64,000 nucleotides of DNA from Candidatus Marinacidobacterium sp. (GTDB taxonomy: Bacteria; Acidobacteriota; Vicinamibacteria; Marinacidobacterales; Marinacidobacteraceae): the NCBI GenBank assembly GCA_965204755.1, contig OZ242011.1, positions 3,392,001 through 3,456,000 of the forward strand, written 5' to 3'. Below, piece by piece: positions 56,010 through 64,000 of this stretch. A model generated the notes under the pieces. The model ran no database searches. It saw only the letters and a list, made by a program, of their open reading frames with translations, and was not told the DNA's origin. Made by a program: the position numbers and the translations under genes. Every line of letters starts with the position of its first letter. Within the stretch, counting starts at the first letter, position 1.

Positions 56010-57641
56010 CTACATCCCCCAGACGAGGATCGGGAGGCTCCCGGGCGCGTCGCCGCCGGGAGGGGAGGCCTCGGGGACGACTTCCCAAGGGAGTTCCGAG
56101 TCCGGAGCGGACGCCCGCCGCACGGCGAGCGCGCGGCGGAATATCTTTTCTTCCCAAGTTTTGCCCTCGTCCTGGTCCATCACGACCAAGTGACCCTCCT
56201 CCGCGCCGCAACGGTCCAGGTACGCCGCCGTCTGCGCCGCCCCTTCCCGGATCACGGTTTCCATGCCGTCCCGCTCCCGGCGAACCTTGCATTCCACCAC
56301 GAAGCGCTGCACGCCCTCGTCTCGCCGCCATTCGATCAGCAGGTCGGTCCGGCCCCGTCCCAGCCCGTACTCCCGGACGATTCGCCCGCCGGCATTGACC
56401 ACGCGCTGCAGGAACGCCTGCAGCAGCACCTGAAGCGCCGCCTCCCGAACGGTGAAGCCCTGCGACCACCACTCCGAGTGCTGACGGAAGAACCGCTGGA
56501 AAGCGGTCAGCAACTTCGCGACATCGAGACCGTCGTCACCCCGCCGGAAACTCGCGCCGTCGCCGGCGAAGCGATCCTCGTCGGCGGCGGACAGCAGGCG
56601 CGGAATCACTTCCCGATAGATGGGGTTCGCGATCTCCAGCGGCCCGCTCGCCTTGACAAGCCCCAAGTCCCTCACATACGCGGAGTCGTTCCCCTTGCTC
56701 GGAAGGAACTCCCCGCGGCCGGCGAGGATCGGCTCGATCACCCGCCGCACCCGCTCTTCGTTCAACTTGTCACCGATCTGTCGGAAGTGGATCGGGCGCG
56801 CCAAGATCAGCCGCTCCCGCGCGGCTTCCACCGCCTCGGGGCCGATCTCCCGCGTCCGGTCGCGTCCGGCCTCGTCCTCGAAACACGCATCGTCGGCCAA
56901 CGCGTTCACCAACCACGGTTGTCCGGCAGTCGCCTCCCAGATCTCCTCCACCGCCTCCGGGGCGAACCGCTGACCGGTCTCCTCCGAGTGCTGGCCCAAC
57001 AGTTCCTCCACTTCCTCGCGAGAAAAGTCTCCCAGTCGCAGGGACTTCTTCACGATGTTGAACGGGCTCCCCGACTCAAGGGGGTAGTCCTGCACATCGC
57101 GGAGCCCGCAGAACACGATGCTCCGGGGAAAGTGCTTCGGGTGGTCCCCATGGCCCGAGCGCACTTGGCTCAACAGCGAAACGAGCACTCCGCCGTCCAA
57201 CCCGTCCGCCTCGTCCAGCAGCAGCACCAGGCGCTCGTCTCCGGACTGCTCGGACCAGTGCGTGAGCGCCTCCTGGAATCCGCCGACAGGGCCGATGTCG
57301 GCCAGTATTCGCGGCCATATCTCCCGCAGGGACTCGTCGCCGAGCGCCTTCACGGCGCCGGATGCAATCGCGACCAAGACGGCGCGAACGGCGGAGTCCA
57401 GGTCGCGAAGTCCCTTCGCGGCTTCGCAACTCGCATAGACGCAGCGCCAGCCCTGTTCGTTCAGGCGGTCGCGCAACGCCTTCAGAACCGAGGTCTTCCC
57501 GGTCTGGCGGGGAGCGTGGAGGACGAAGTACTCCTCGATCTCCACCAATTCCTCGATCCGGGCCAAGGGCACGCGGCTCAGAGGCGGGATCGTGTAGTGC
57601 TTCGACGGATCCACCGGGCCGGTGACCTTGAAGCGGCGCAC
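56010..57641 (-). CDS. AAA-like ATPase with a C-terminal PD-(D/E)XK-like domain
   Basis: APRQTGKT, LLLDEAD, SPFNI, GQPWLVN; GRTDLLI...VVECK. Confidence 0.8.
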   Translation of the reverse strand: MRRFKVTGPVDPSKHYTIPPLSRVPLARIEELVEIEEYFVLHAPRQTGKTSVLKALRDRLNEQGWRCVYASCEAAKGLRDLDSAVRAVLVAIASGAVKALGDESLREIWPRILADIGPVGGFQEALTHWSEQSGDERLVLLLDEADGLDGGVLVSLLSQVRSGHGDHPKHFPRSIVFCGLRDVQDYPLESGSPFNIVKKSLRLGDFSREEVEELLGQHSEETGQRFAPEAVEEIWEATAGQPWLVNALADDACFEDEAGRDRTREIGPEAVEAARERLILARPIHFRQIGDKLNEERVRRVIEPILAGRGEFLPSKGNDSAYVRDLGLVKASGPLEIANPIYREVIPRLLSAADEDRFAGDGASFRRGDDGLDVAKLLTAFQRFFRQHSEWWSQGFTVREAALQVLLQAFLQRVVNAGGRIVREYGLGRGRTDLLIEWRRDEGVQRFVVECKVRRERDGMETVIREGAAQTAAYLDRCGAEEGHLVVMDQDEGKTWEEKIFRRALAVRRASAPDSELPWEVVPEASPPGGDAPGSLPILVWGM

Positions 57642-57756
57642 GCGGTCAGTATGGCAGTACGGGGTCGTCGGCCCGCGAGGCGCGCCGCCCTTGCGTCTCG
57701 ACCGGAATGCATGAGGTCCCCGGGCGATACTTCGCTGCGGACTTCGGGAGGATGCG

Positions 57757-58485
57757 ATGACTCACGGCGACGCGCGCGCCGTACGGATTCCGGACGGCGC
57801 CGACGGGTTTGTCACCGGGAGGCTCCACGAGCCGGCGGCGGGCGGCCCGGGGCGGGGGGCGCCGCTGCTCGCGGTCACGCACGGGGCCGGGGGGAACCTG
57901 GATACGCCGGGCCTCGCGCGGCTGGCCGAGGGGTTGGCCGGCCGGGGGGTCCGGGCGCTCCGGTTCAACCTGCCGGCGGCGGAGGCGGGGAAGAGGCGGC
58001 CCGACCGGCCGGAGCGCGCGCTGCGGGCGGTGGCGGCCGCGGCGGAATGGGCGGAGCGGGAGGCGGGGAGCGGGCCGGTGTTCCTCGGAGGCCGCTCGTT
58101 CGGCGGGCGGATGGCGTCGATGTTCCTCGCGGGTTCCGGGCGGAGGTTCGCCGGGGGGCTCCTGCTCGCTTACCCGCTCCGTCCGCCGGGTAAGCCGGTC
58201 GCGCCCCCGGAACGGGTGGCGCATCTCGCCCGGGTCGAGGTCCCGTTGCTCTTCGTGAGCGGCGACCGGGATCCGTTCGCGCCGCCGGCGCTCTTCGAGT
58301 CGGCGGTTTCCGGCGCCGCGGGAGGGCGCGCTTCGCTGCGGTGGATCGTCGGCGCCGACCACGGGTTCCGGGTCCCGAAGGCGCGGCTCGCCACGACCGG
58401 GCGCGACGCCGCCGCGGTGGACGGGGAGGTCGCGGACGCCGCCGCCGAGTTCCTGCTCGGCGGCGCGGCGTCCGCCGGCGGGTAA
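57757..58485 (+). CDS. Alpha/beta hydrolase
   Basis: HGAGG, GRSFGG, AYPL, GDRDPF, ADH. Confidence 0.88.
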   Translation: MTHGDARAVRIPDGADGFVTGRLHEPAAGGPGRGAPLLAVTHGAGGNLDTPGLARLAEGLAGRGVRALRFNLPAAEAGKRRPDRPERALRAVAAAAEWAEREAGSGPVFLGGRSFGGRMASMFLAGSGRRFAGGLLLAYPLRPPGKPVAPPERVAHLARVEVPLLFVSGDRDPFAPPALFESAVSGAAGGRASLRWIVGADHGFRVPKARLATTGRDAAAVDGEVADAAAEFLLGGAASAGG

Positions 58486-58507
58486 TCGGGAGCGCGGGGC
58501 GCCGGGG

Positions 58508-59521
58508 TCAGCGCGCGCGGTCGAGCCAGTCGCGGAGGCGGGCGGCTTCGGCGGCGAGCGCGGGGTCGAGTTCGGCTTGGTACAGCCGGGAGCGGACGAC
58601 GAAGAGGGACAGGTCGTCCGGCGGCGCGTCGCCGCGGAGGATTTCGTCCACCCGGCGCAGGAAGAAGGCGCCCCAGTCCGGTCTCCGTCCGTCGAGGTCG
58701 GTGAAGCCGTACTCCTTCGCCAGCGCCCAACTCGAGAGGAGCGCGCCGCTCTTGTCGGCGGCTTCCGGGTCCGCGGCCAGCGCGGCGACGGCGCGTCCGA
58801 CGAAGCAGGGGGTTTCGGACTCGGCGAAGTAGGGATCCTTCTCCACGGCGTCCCGCCAGTTGGCTTCGGTGACGCCGAAAGAGTCGAGGACCGCCTCCGA
58901 CCGGAGGAAGCCGGGGGTGAGCGCCACCGCGGTCACGCCGTGTTCGCGGAGTTCGGCGGCCATCGCGTAGGCGAGCCGGATGACGGCGTTCTTGGCCGTG
59001 TCGTAGAAGAGGTTGCCGCGGTATCCGAGGGTGTCGCCGTCGGTCACTTCCACGATGAGGCCGGAGTTTCGTTCGACCAGCAGCGGCGCGCCGTACCGAC
59101 TGGTGACGAGGTGGCTCCCGACGGCGCGTTCGAGCATCTCGGCGCCCTTGGCCAGGGAGAGTTCCCAGAACGGCTTTCCCCACTCCGTGAGCGCGTCGCC
59201 GCCCCAGATGTCGTTGACCAGGACATCGAGTCGTCCCGCTTCGTCGCGGACGCGTAGGAACAGTTGCTCGACTTCCGATGCCACCGTGTGGTCGGCGCGG
59301 ACGGCGATCCCGCGTCCGCCCGCGGCGGTTACCGACTCCGCCGTCTCCTCGATGGTTTCCGGTCTCCCGGCGGTGGCGGGCCGTCCCCGCGCGCTTCGTC
59401 CGGTGCAATACACCGTGGCGCCCGCCTCCCCCAAACTGCGGGCGATCCCGCGTCCGGCCCCGCGGGTCGCCCCGGCCACGACCGCGACGCGGCCGGCGAG
59501 CGGCCGCGCGGCTGCCGTCAC
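58508..59521 (-). CDS. SDR-family oxidoreductase
   Basis: GATRGAGRG, LVNDIWGG, YDTAK, TPGFLRSE. Confidence 0.92.
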   Translation of the reverse strand: MTAAARPLAGRVAVVAGATRGAGRGIARSLGEAGATVYCTGRSARGRPATAGRPETIEETAESVTAAGGRGIAVRADHTVASEVEQLFLRVRDEAGRLDVLVNDIWGGDALTEWGKPFWELSLAKGAEMLERAVGSHLVTSRYGAPLLVERNSGLIVEVTDGDTLGYRGNLFYDTAKNAVIRLAYAMAAELREHGVTAVALTPGFLRSEAVLDSFGVTEANWRDAVEKDPYFAESETPCFVGRAVAALAADPEAADKSGALLSSWALAKEYGFTDLDGRRPDWGAFFLRRVDEILRGDAPPDDLSLFVVRSRLYQAELDPALAAEAARLRDWLDRAR

Positions 59522-59540
59522 TCCGGCAGGCCGCGCCGGG

Positions 59541-60470
59541 TCAGAAGGAGATCCGGAGCGTGAGGCTCGCGGCGAGGAGTCCCAGGTCGTCGGTTTCGAT
59601 CCAGAACCAGGCGGGGGCGCTGCCGTCCAGCCGGTTTTCCGAGGGGTGGCTGCGCAACTGGTCCCAACCGTCGGGCTCCTCCACCTCGAAACGGGCGAAC
59701 ACGGTCCGTCGGAGGCGGACGCCCAGGGTCGCCGAATCGTTGAGCGGGAGGTCGAGCCCGGCCAGCGCCTGCCAACCGAAGACGAAGTCCGTCAACTCGC
59801 CGTGGTAGGTCGTGGTGGTGGACGCCAGCGCGAGCCGGAAGTCCGCGTAGTTCGGGATGTCCAGGTCGGCGCCGGAGCGGATCTGCTCCGGATCGGGATT
59901 CCGCGCCCAGACCGAGCCGTAGTCCGCCTGCGTCCGCGCGCCGCCGGCGCCGACGCCGAAGTAGGCGGTGAGCCGGTCGCCGGCGGGGAAGTCGAAGAGG
60001 AGGTTCGCGAACGCGGCGCGGGTGTCCACATCGCCGAGGCGTTCCTCGGCCCGCACCAGTTCGCCGTCGAACTTGCCGAGGACTTCGCGGCTCACGCCGG
60101 TGGCCGGCGCGAAACGGTCGTAGCCGGAACTCGCGAAGAGGTACTCGGCCTCGATCCGCAGCCGGCCCAGCCGGTAGCCGACGACCGCGGAGCCGTCGGC
60201 GCCGCCGGCGGAACCGAAGGCGAGGAGCCACGCGCCGCCGTCCGGCGCGCGGCAAGCCTCGAGGCGGGCGAAGTGCGGGTTGAAGTACTCGTCGCAGAAA
60301 CTCGGGCCGTCGTTGCTCCGGCCGGCGACTTCGAGCGCGTTCGCCCGGTGGAAGCCGATGCCGCCCCCGAGGTACGGCTGCGCGACCGCCGGCGCGGCGG
60401 AGAGTCCGAGGACGAACCCGCCGAACAGCGCCGCCCGGAGCGGGAGTCCGCGGGGCCGTGTTCGGTTCAT
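59541..60470 (-). CDS. Outer membrane beta-barrel protein (OmpA/opacity-like)
   Basis: Signal peptide from ATG 60470; VGY, RIEAEY, YFGVGAG, FGWQALAG; terminal Phe. Confidence 0.75.
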   Translation of the reverse strand: MNRTRPRGLPLRAALFGGFVLGLSAAPAVAQPYLGGGIGFHRANALEVAGRSNDGPSFCDEYFNPHFARLEACRAPDGGAWLLAFGSAGGADGSAVVGYRLGRLRIEAEYLFASSGYDRFAPATGVSREVLGKFDGELVRAEERLGDVDTRAAFANLLFDFPAGDRLTAYFGVGAGGARTQADYGSVWARNPDPEQIRSGADLDIPNYADFRLALASTTTTYHGELTDFVFGWQALAGLDLPLNDSATLGVRLRRTVFARFEVEEPDGWDQLRSHPSENRLDGSAPAWFWIETDDLGLLAASLTLRISF

Positions 60471-60612
60471 GTCGGCGCCCGCGTCCGGGTTAGCGGTCCG
60501 TGGAGAGTCCGGGGAGCGCCTGTCGGCGCGCCGCGCCGACCGGGGTGGGGCGCGGGGAGGTGTCCCCCTCCCCGCGAAAGACCGCGGAGGGAATCGCGAG
60601 GCGATTCGCGCC

Positions 60613-60711
60613 GCCTGCCGGTGGAGAGGGCGCCCCGCCGGGAGACCGAACGCGGACTTCCGGTCATCCGGTGGGGAGGGGGAGGGCGGGGCGCCTTTTC
60701 CACCGGCAGAC
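60613..60711. terminator. 27-bp imperfect inverted repeat between two beta-barrel genes (terminator or mRNA-stability hairpin)
   Basis: 60613-60639 is complementary to 60685-60711 with 3 mismatches. Confidence 0.5.
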
Positions 60712-60713
60712 AA

Positions 60714-62126
60714 CTATTTCGGCCCGAAGACCCAAGTGGTGCCGATGGTGAAGGTGTCCTGCGAGAGGCCCACGCCGTCCTGGCAGGAGGCGCAACTGAA
60801 GAACGGGACATCGGACCAGTCCCGGCGGTGTTCGAGGCGCACCAGCAGCCTCGGGTCGTCGGCGACCGGCTGCGCTTCGAGGGTGATCGTGTTCTCCCGG
60901 AGCGTCTGCTCGACGCCGGTGGAGCGTCCCTGGCGGTCGCGCATGAACTCGAACCGCTGGGCGAGGCGGAGGTGGTCGCTGATGTGGACGCGGATGTAGG
61001 TGCCGATACCCCACGAAGTCGCGACATTCTCGAACGGGTCGGTGTTCGAGATGTAGTCCATGTTGGCCATGGCTTCCACCCGGTCGCTGATGCCCAGGTA
61101 GAAGTTCCAACTGATGTCGTTCAGCCAGCCGTCGTTCGTGCCTTCGTTCTCCGGGCCCTGGATCCAGGTGATCGTGGTGTTGAAGGTGTCGTGCGGCGCC
61201 CAGGAAGTCTGCGCGCCGAAGGACTTGCCGGAGTTCTGGTCGAAGGCGTTGTCGAAGCCGTTCACCAGCATCAGGGTTCCGGTGAGGGTGTCGCCGACCG
61301 GGAAACTCACCTTGGCGCCGAGGTGGGAGAACGGTTCGTTCCAGGCCCACAGCAGGCCGCGGGTGTAGTTCCAGTTCAGGTGCGACTCCGCGACTTCGAG
61401 GCCGGCGATGGTGCCGAAGAGGCCGACATCCATCTGGGCGCCGCCCTCGAACTGGTAGTAGCCGTAGGCCTGCTGCAGGTAGAGCACATCGGCCAGCGGG
61501 CCGGGCTCGAGTCCCTCCCGGAACAGGCGGGCGCCGGAGCCGAACCAGATGTCGGAGCGGAAGCCGATCGGGCCGTCGCCGCTCGCGTCGAGTTCCAACT
61601 TGACCTGGTTCAGGCCGAAACCGCGCGAGTTCGGGTTCGTGTAGTAGAGGGTGTTCGTGCCGTCGCCCGGGTCGTTGGCGTTCCGGGTGTAGTAGGTGTC
61701 CACCAGCCCGGTGAGCGTCAGGTTCTGGCCGCCGGTGGTCACCGTCCCGGAGGCGGCGTCGGCGTCGTCCTGCGCCGGCGCCGCGGGCGCGGACTCGGTG
61801 CCCGGCTCGTCGCGGGAGGCGAGTTCTTCTTCGAGGTCGGAGAGGCGGGCGCGGAGCGCCGTGATCTCCGCCCGGAGCCCGGCATCGACGGCCGGTTCCC
61901 CGGTCGCCTCCCCGGTCGCTTCCTCGACCCGTTTCTCGTCGGGTTCGTCGGCCGAAGCGGCGGGCCGTTCCCCGGCCGGATTCCCGACCGGGGACTGGCG
62001 GGTGCCCTCGGCGGGCCCGGCCGGGGCCTGGGCGAAGGCGTCGGCAAAGGCCGGGAGCGCCAGGGCGAACGCGACGGCCGCGGGGAGGGCGAGTCGGTTC
62101 GGGATGGGGTTCGGGTGGTTCTTCAT
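60714..62126 (-). CDS. Outer membrane porin (BBP2/DUF1597-like)
   Basis: Signal peptide, coiled coil, GLVDTYY, LQQAY, NWNYTRG, EPFSHLG, RLEHRRDWS. Confidence 0.8.
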   Translation of the reverse strand: MKNHPNPIPNRLALPAAVAFALALPAFADAFAQAPAGPAEGTRQSPVGNPAGERPAASADEPDEKRVEEATGEATGEPAVDAGLRAEITALRARLSDLEEELASRDEPGTESAPAAPAQDDADAASGTVTTGGQNLTLTGLVDTYYTRNANDPGDGTNTLYYTNPNSRGFGLNQVKLELDASGDGPIGFRSDIWFGSGARLFREGLEPGPLADVLYLQQAYGYYQFEGGAQMDVGLFGTIAGLEVAESHLNWNYTRGLLWAWNEPFSHLGAKVSFPVGDTLTGTLMLVNGFDNAFDQNSGKSFGAQTSWAPHDTFNTTITWIQGPENEGTNDGWLNDISWNFYLGISDRVEAMANMDYISNTDPFENVATSWGIGTYIRVHISDHLRLAQRFEFMRDRQGRSTGVEQTLRENTITLEAQPVADDPRLLVRLEHRRDWSDVPFFSCASCQDGVGLSQDTFTIGTTWVFGPK

Positions 62127-62314
62127 GCGGGAGCGTCCTTACACGCGGGGAAGTCTCCGGACTCGCGGGACGCCGACCGATGGGGTTCGGGCCCCGCTCC
62201 GGGGAATCCGTCTATTCCGAAAGGGGTGGCCGCCGACAGCGCGGCCGGGGCGCGGAGCCCCCGAGCGTCGGCGAACCGGGAATTCTAAGGCTTCCGGCCC
62301 TTCGGGGCGCCCGG

Positions 62315-63304
62315 TCACCCGGCGTTGCGGAGGGCGTAGCGGGCGACCTCCTCGTGGGTGGCGAACCAGACGCCGCCGGCGGCCTCCATGTGCTCGATCA
62401 GCCGCTCCAGCATGGCGACCCGCGACCGGTGGCCGATGACATGGGGGTGCATCGTCAGGAGGAACATGCCTCCTTCGGCATGGGCCATGTCGAATTCCGC
62501 CTTCCAGATCGAGAGCACATCGTCCGGCGTGCTGTGCGGCCTCACGGACCCGTAGCGGCTGAAGCCGAAGTAGGGGGCGTCGTCCAGGATCCACTCCACC
62601 GGCAGTTCCACCACGCCGGTCGGCTCCCCGTTCGCCACCACCTCGTAGGGCCAGTCGTCCGCCATCAGGCTGGAGTCGTAGAGGAATCCCAGGTCCCGGA
62701 TGATGTCCAGGGTGTTCGGGCTGTAGTCCCACGACGGTGTGCGGAGCCCCACCGGGCGGCGGCCGGTCAGGTCGGTGAGGGTGTCCACCGCCTGCTCGAT
62801 GAGGCGGCGCTCCTCGTCGGCGGGGAGCAGCGAGTTCCGCTCGTGGATCCAGCCGTGGACCCCGACTTCGTGCCCGGCGTCCACGATCCGGTCCACATCG
62901 TCCCGGTAGATCAGCGCGCTGACCGCCGGGATGAAGAACGAGGCGCGGATGCCCCGGCGCTCGAGCAGGTCGAGGACCCGGGGAAGCCCGGCGCGCGAGC
63001 CGTACTGGCCGCGGGAGAGGTTCGAGGCGGTGGTGTTGTTGTCCCGGAGCGAGACGGTCTCGTTGTCGAAGTCGAACGAGAGCGCGACGGCGACCCGGGC
63101 GCCCCCGGGCCAGGAGGAGGGGGCGAGCCGGCGGCCGGCGCGGACGGCCTCGATGGGCGCCCGCCACTCCTCTTCGGTCCACTGCCAGGGGGGTTTTTCT
63201 TCCGGCTCTTCCGGCGGCGGATCGTCCGGCGGGAAGCAGGCGGCGACGAGCGCGAGCAGCGGCGCGAGCAGCGGAAGGATCGGGAGCGGGAGGGTCCGGC
63301 GCAT
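62315..63304 (-). CDS. Polysaccharide deacetylase-family lipoprotein (CE4)
   Basis: SFDFD, GHEVGVHGWIHE, GLRTP, YDSS, TMHP; lipobox VAAC. Confidence 0.9.
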   Translation of the reverse strand: MRRTLPLPILPLLAPLLALVAACFPPDDPPPEEPEEKPPWQWTEEEWRAPIEAVRAGRRLAPSSWPGGARVAVALSFDFDNETVSLRDNNTTASNLSRGQYGSRAGLPRVLDLLERRGIRASFFIPAVSALIYRDDVDRIVDAGHEVGVHGWIHERNSLLPADEERRLIEQAVDTLTDLTGRRPVGLRTPSWDYSPNTLDIIRDLGFLYDSSLMADDWPYEVVANGEPTGVVELPVEWILDDAPYFGFSRYGSVRPHSTPDDVLSIWKAEFDMAHAEGGMFLLTMHPHVIGHRSRVAMLERLIEHMEAAGGVWFATHEEVARYALRNAG

Positions 63305-63374
63305 GGTCGGCCAATACTACGGGGACGGGCGGAAAACACGGGAAAACCGCCGCCCGACGGCTAGAATCGCCCGC

Positions 63375-64000
63375 TTGACCGCTTCCCCGGACCCCGCCGC
63401 GCTGAGCGTGGAACTCGCCTCGGTGCCTCCTTCCGGCGCTCCGGTCGCGGTGTGCGCGGATGCGGAGCGGCTCGGCCTCTCCGGTCGGGAGGGGAACGCG
63501 CGGAACGGGAATGCGCGCGGGGACGACTTCGAACTCGTGGGGTCGGTGAGGCTCGACGGGCGGCTCGAACGGCTGTCGGGCGAGGGTTTCCGGCTGCGCG
63601 GGCATCTCGGCGGCTCGGCCCGGCTCGACTGCGTGCGCTGTCTCGACCCGGTGGAGATCCCGCTCGCCGAAGCGCTCGACCTGGTCTATCTGCCGGGCGC
63701 TTCGACGGTTTCCGACCGGGAACCCGGCGGCGCCCCGGCGACCGGCGCCTCGGCGCCGGCCGGCGGGGAGGCGGCGCTCGACGCCGAAGACCTCAATGTG
63801 TCGTTCTACGCGAGCGACCGGCTGGAACTGGCGGAGACGCTGCGGGAGCAGGTCCACCTGGCGCTCCCGGTGAAGCCGCTCTGCTCGCCCTCCTGCCGGG
63901 GGCTCTGCGCTTCCTGCGGCGCGAACCGGAATTCCGGCGCGGAGTGCGGGTGCGCCGACGCTCCTTCGCCCCGGGGTTCGACCGGGCTCGCCGCCCTCCG
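63375..64000 (+). CDS. yceD: YceD/DUF177 family protein (partial, runs off the window; absent from the ORF track)
   Basis: Manual translation from TTG 63375: CVRCL, EQVHLALPVKPLC...CRGLC..CG. Confidence 0.88.
   Translation, partial: MTASPDPAALSVELASVPPSGAPVAVCADAERLGLSGREGNARNGNARGDDFELVGSVRLDGRLERLSGEGFRLRGHLGGSARLDCVRCLDPVEIPLAEALDLVYLPGASTVSDREPGGAPATGASAPAGGEAALDAEDLNVSFYASDRLELAETLREQVHLALPVKPLCSPSCRGLCASCGANRNSGAECGCADAPSPRGSTGLAAL

Overview
Very GC-rich (roughly 70% by eye) diderm bacterial chromosome segment. BamD, porins and the grpE-dnaJ-rsmE and def-fmt-rsmB-PASTA-rpe gene orders suggest Acidobacteriota, but that is inference. The backbone is housekeeping: fumC, rsmE, dnaJ, grpE, ald, tRNA-Gly(CCC), phosphomannomutase, NDP-sugar synthase, pgsA, bamD, rpe, rsmB, fmt, def, a Cu-ATPase, UbiD and yceD, plus two secreted glycosidases. 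The main accessory feature is a 14.3-kb, integrase-free defence island between dnaJ and rsmE, on the opposite strand to both. It encodes an HTH-SNF2 helicase-DUF3883 protein, an OLD nuclease plus UvrD helicase (Gabija-like), a DUF1156 DNA methyltransferase and a DUF499 ATPase. The Gabija-like pair is nested inside, and translationally coupled to, the restriction-like/BREX-related operon. The island's left edge is an AT-rich patch with a 28-bp dif-like site and a perfect DnaA box. Other conflict-type genes are scattered singly between housekeeping genes: two paralogous ABC-ATPase-TOPRIM genes, an ABC-ATPase+PIN pair, an AlbA_2 protein, a sacsin-like GHKL-SF2 helicase fusion and an AAA-PD-(D/E)XK protein. 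Also seen: probable leaderless genes, many 12/15-bp tandem duplications and three candidate structured intergenic RNAs. All family calls come from motif recognition by eye; no database search was run.
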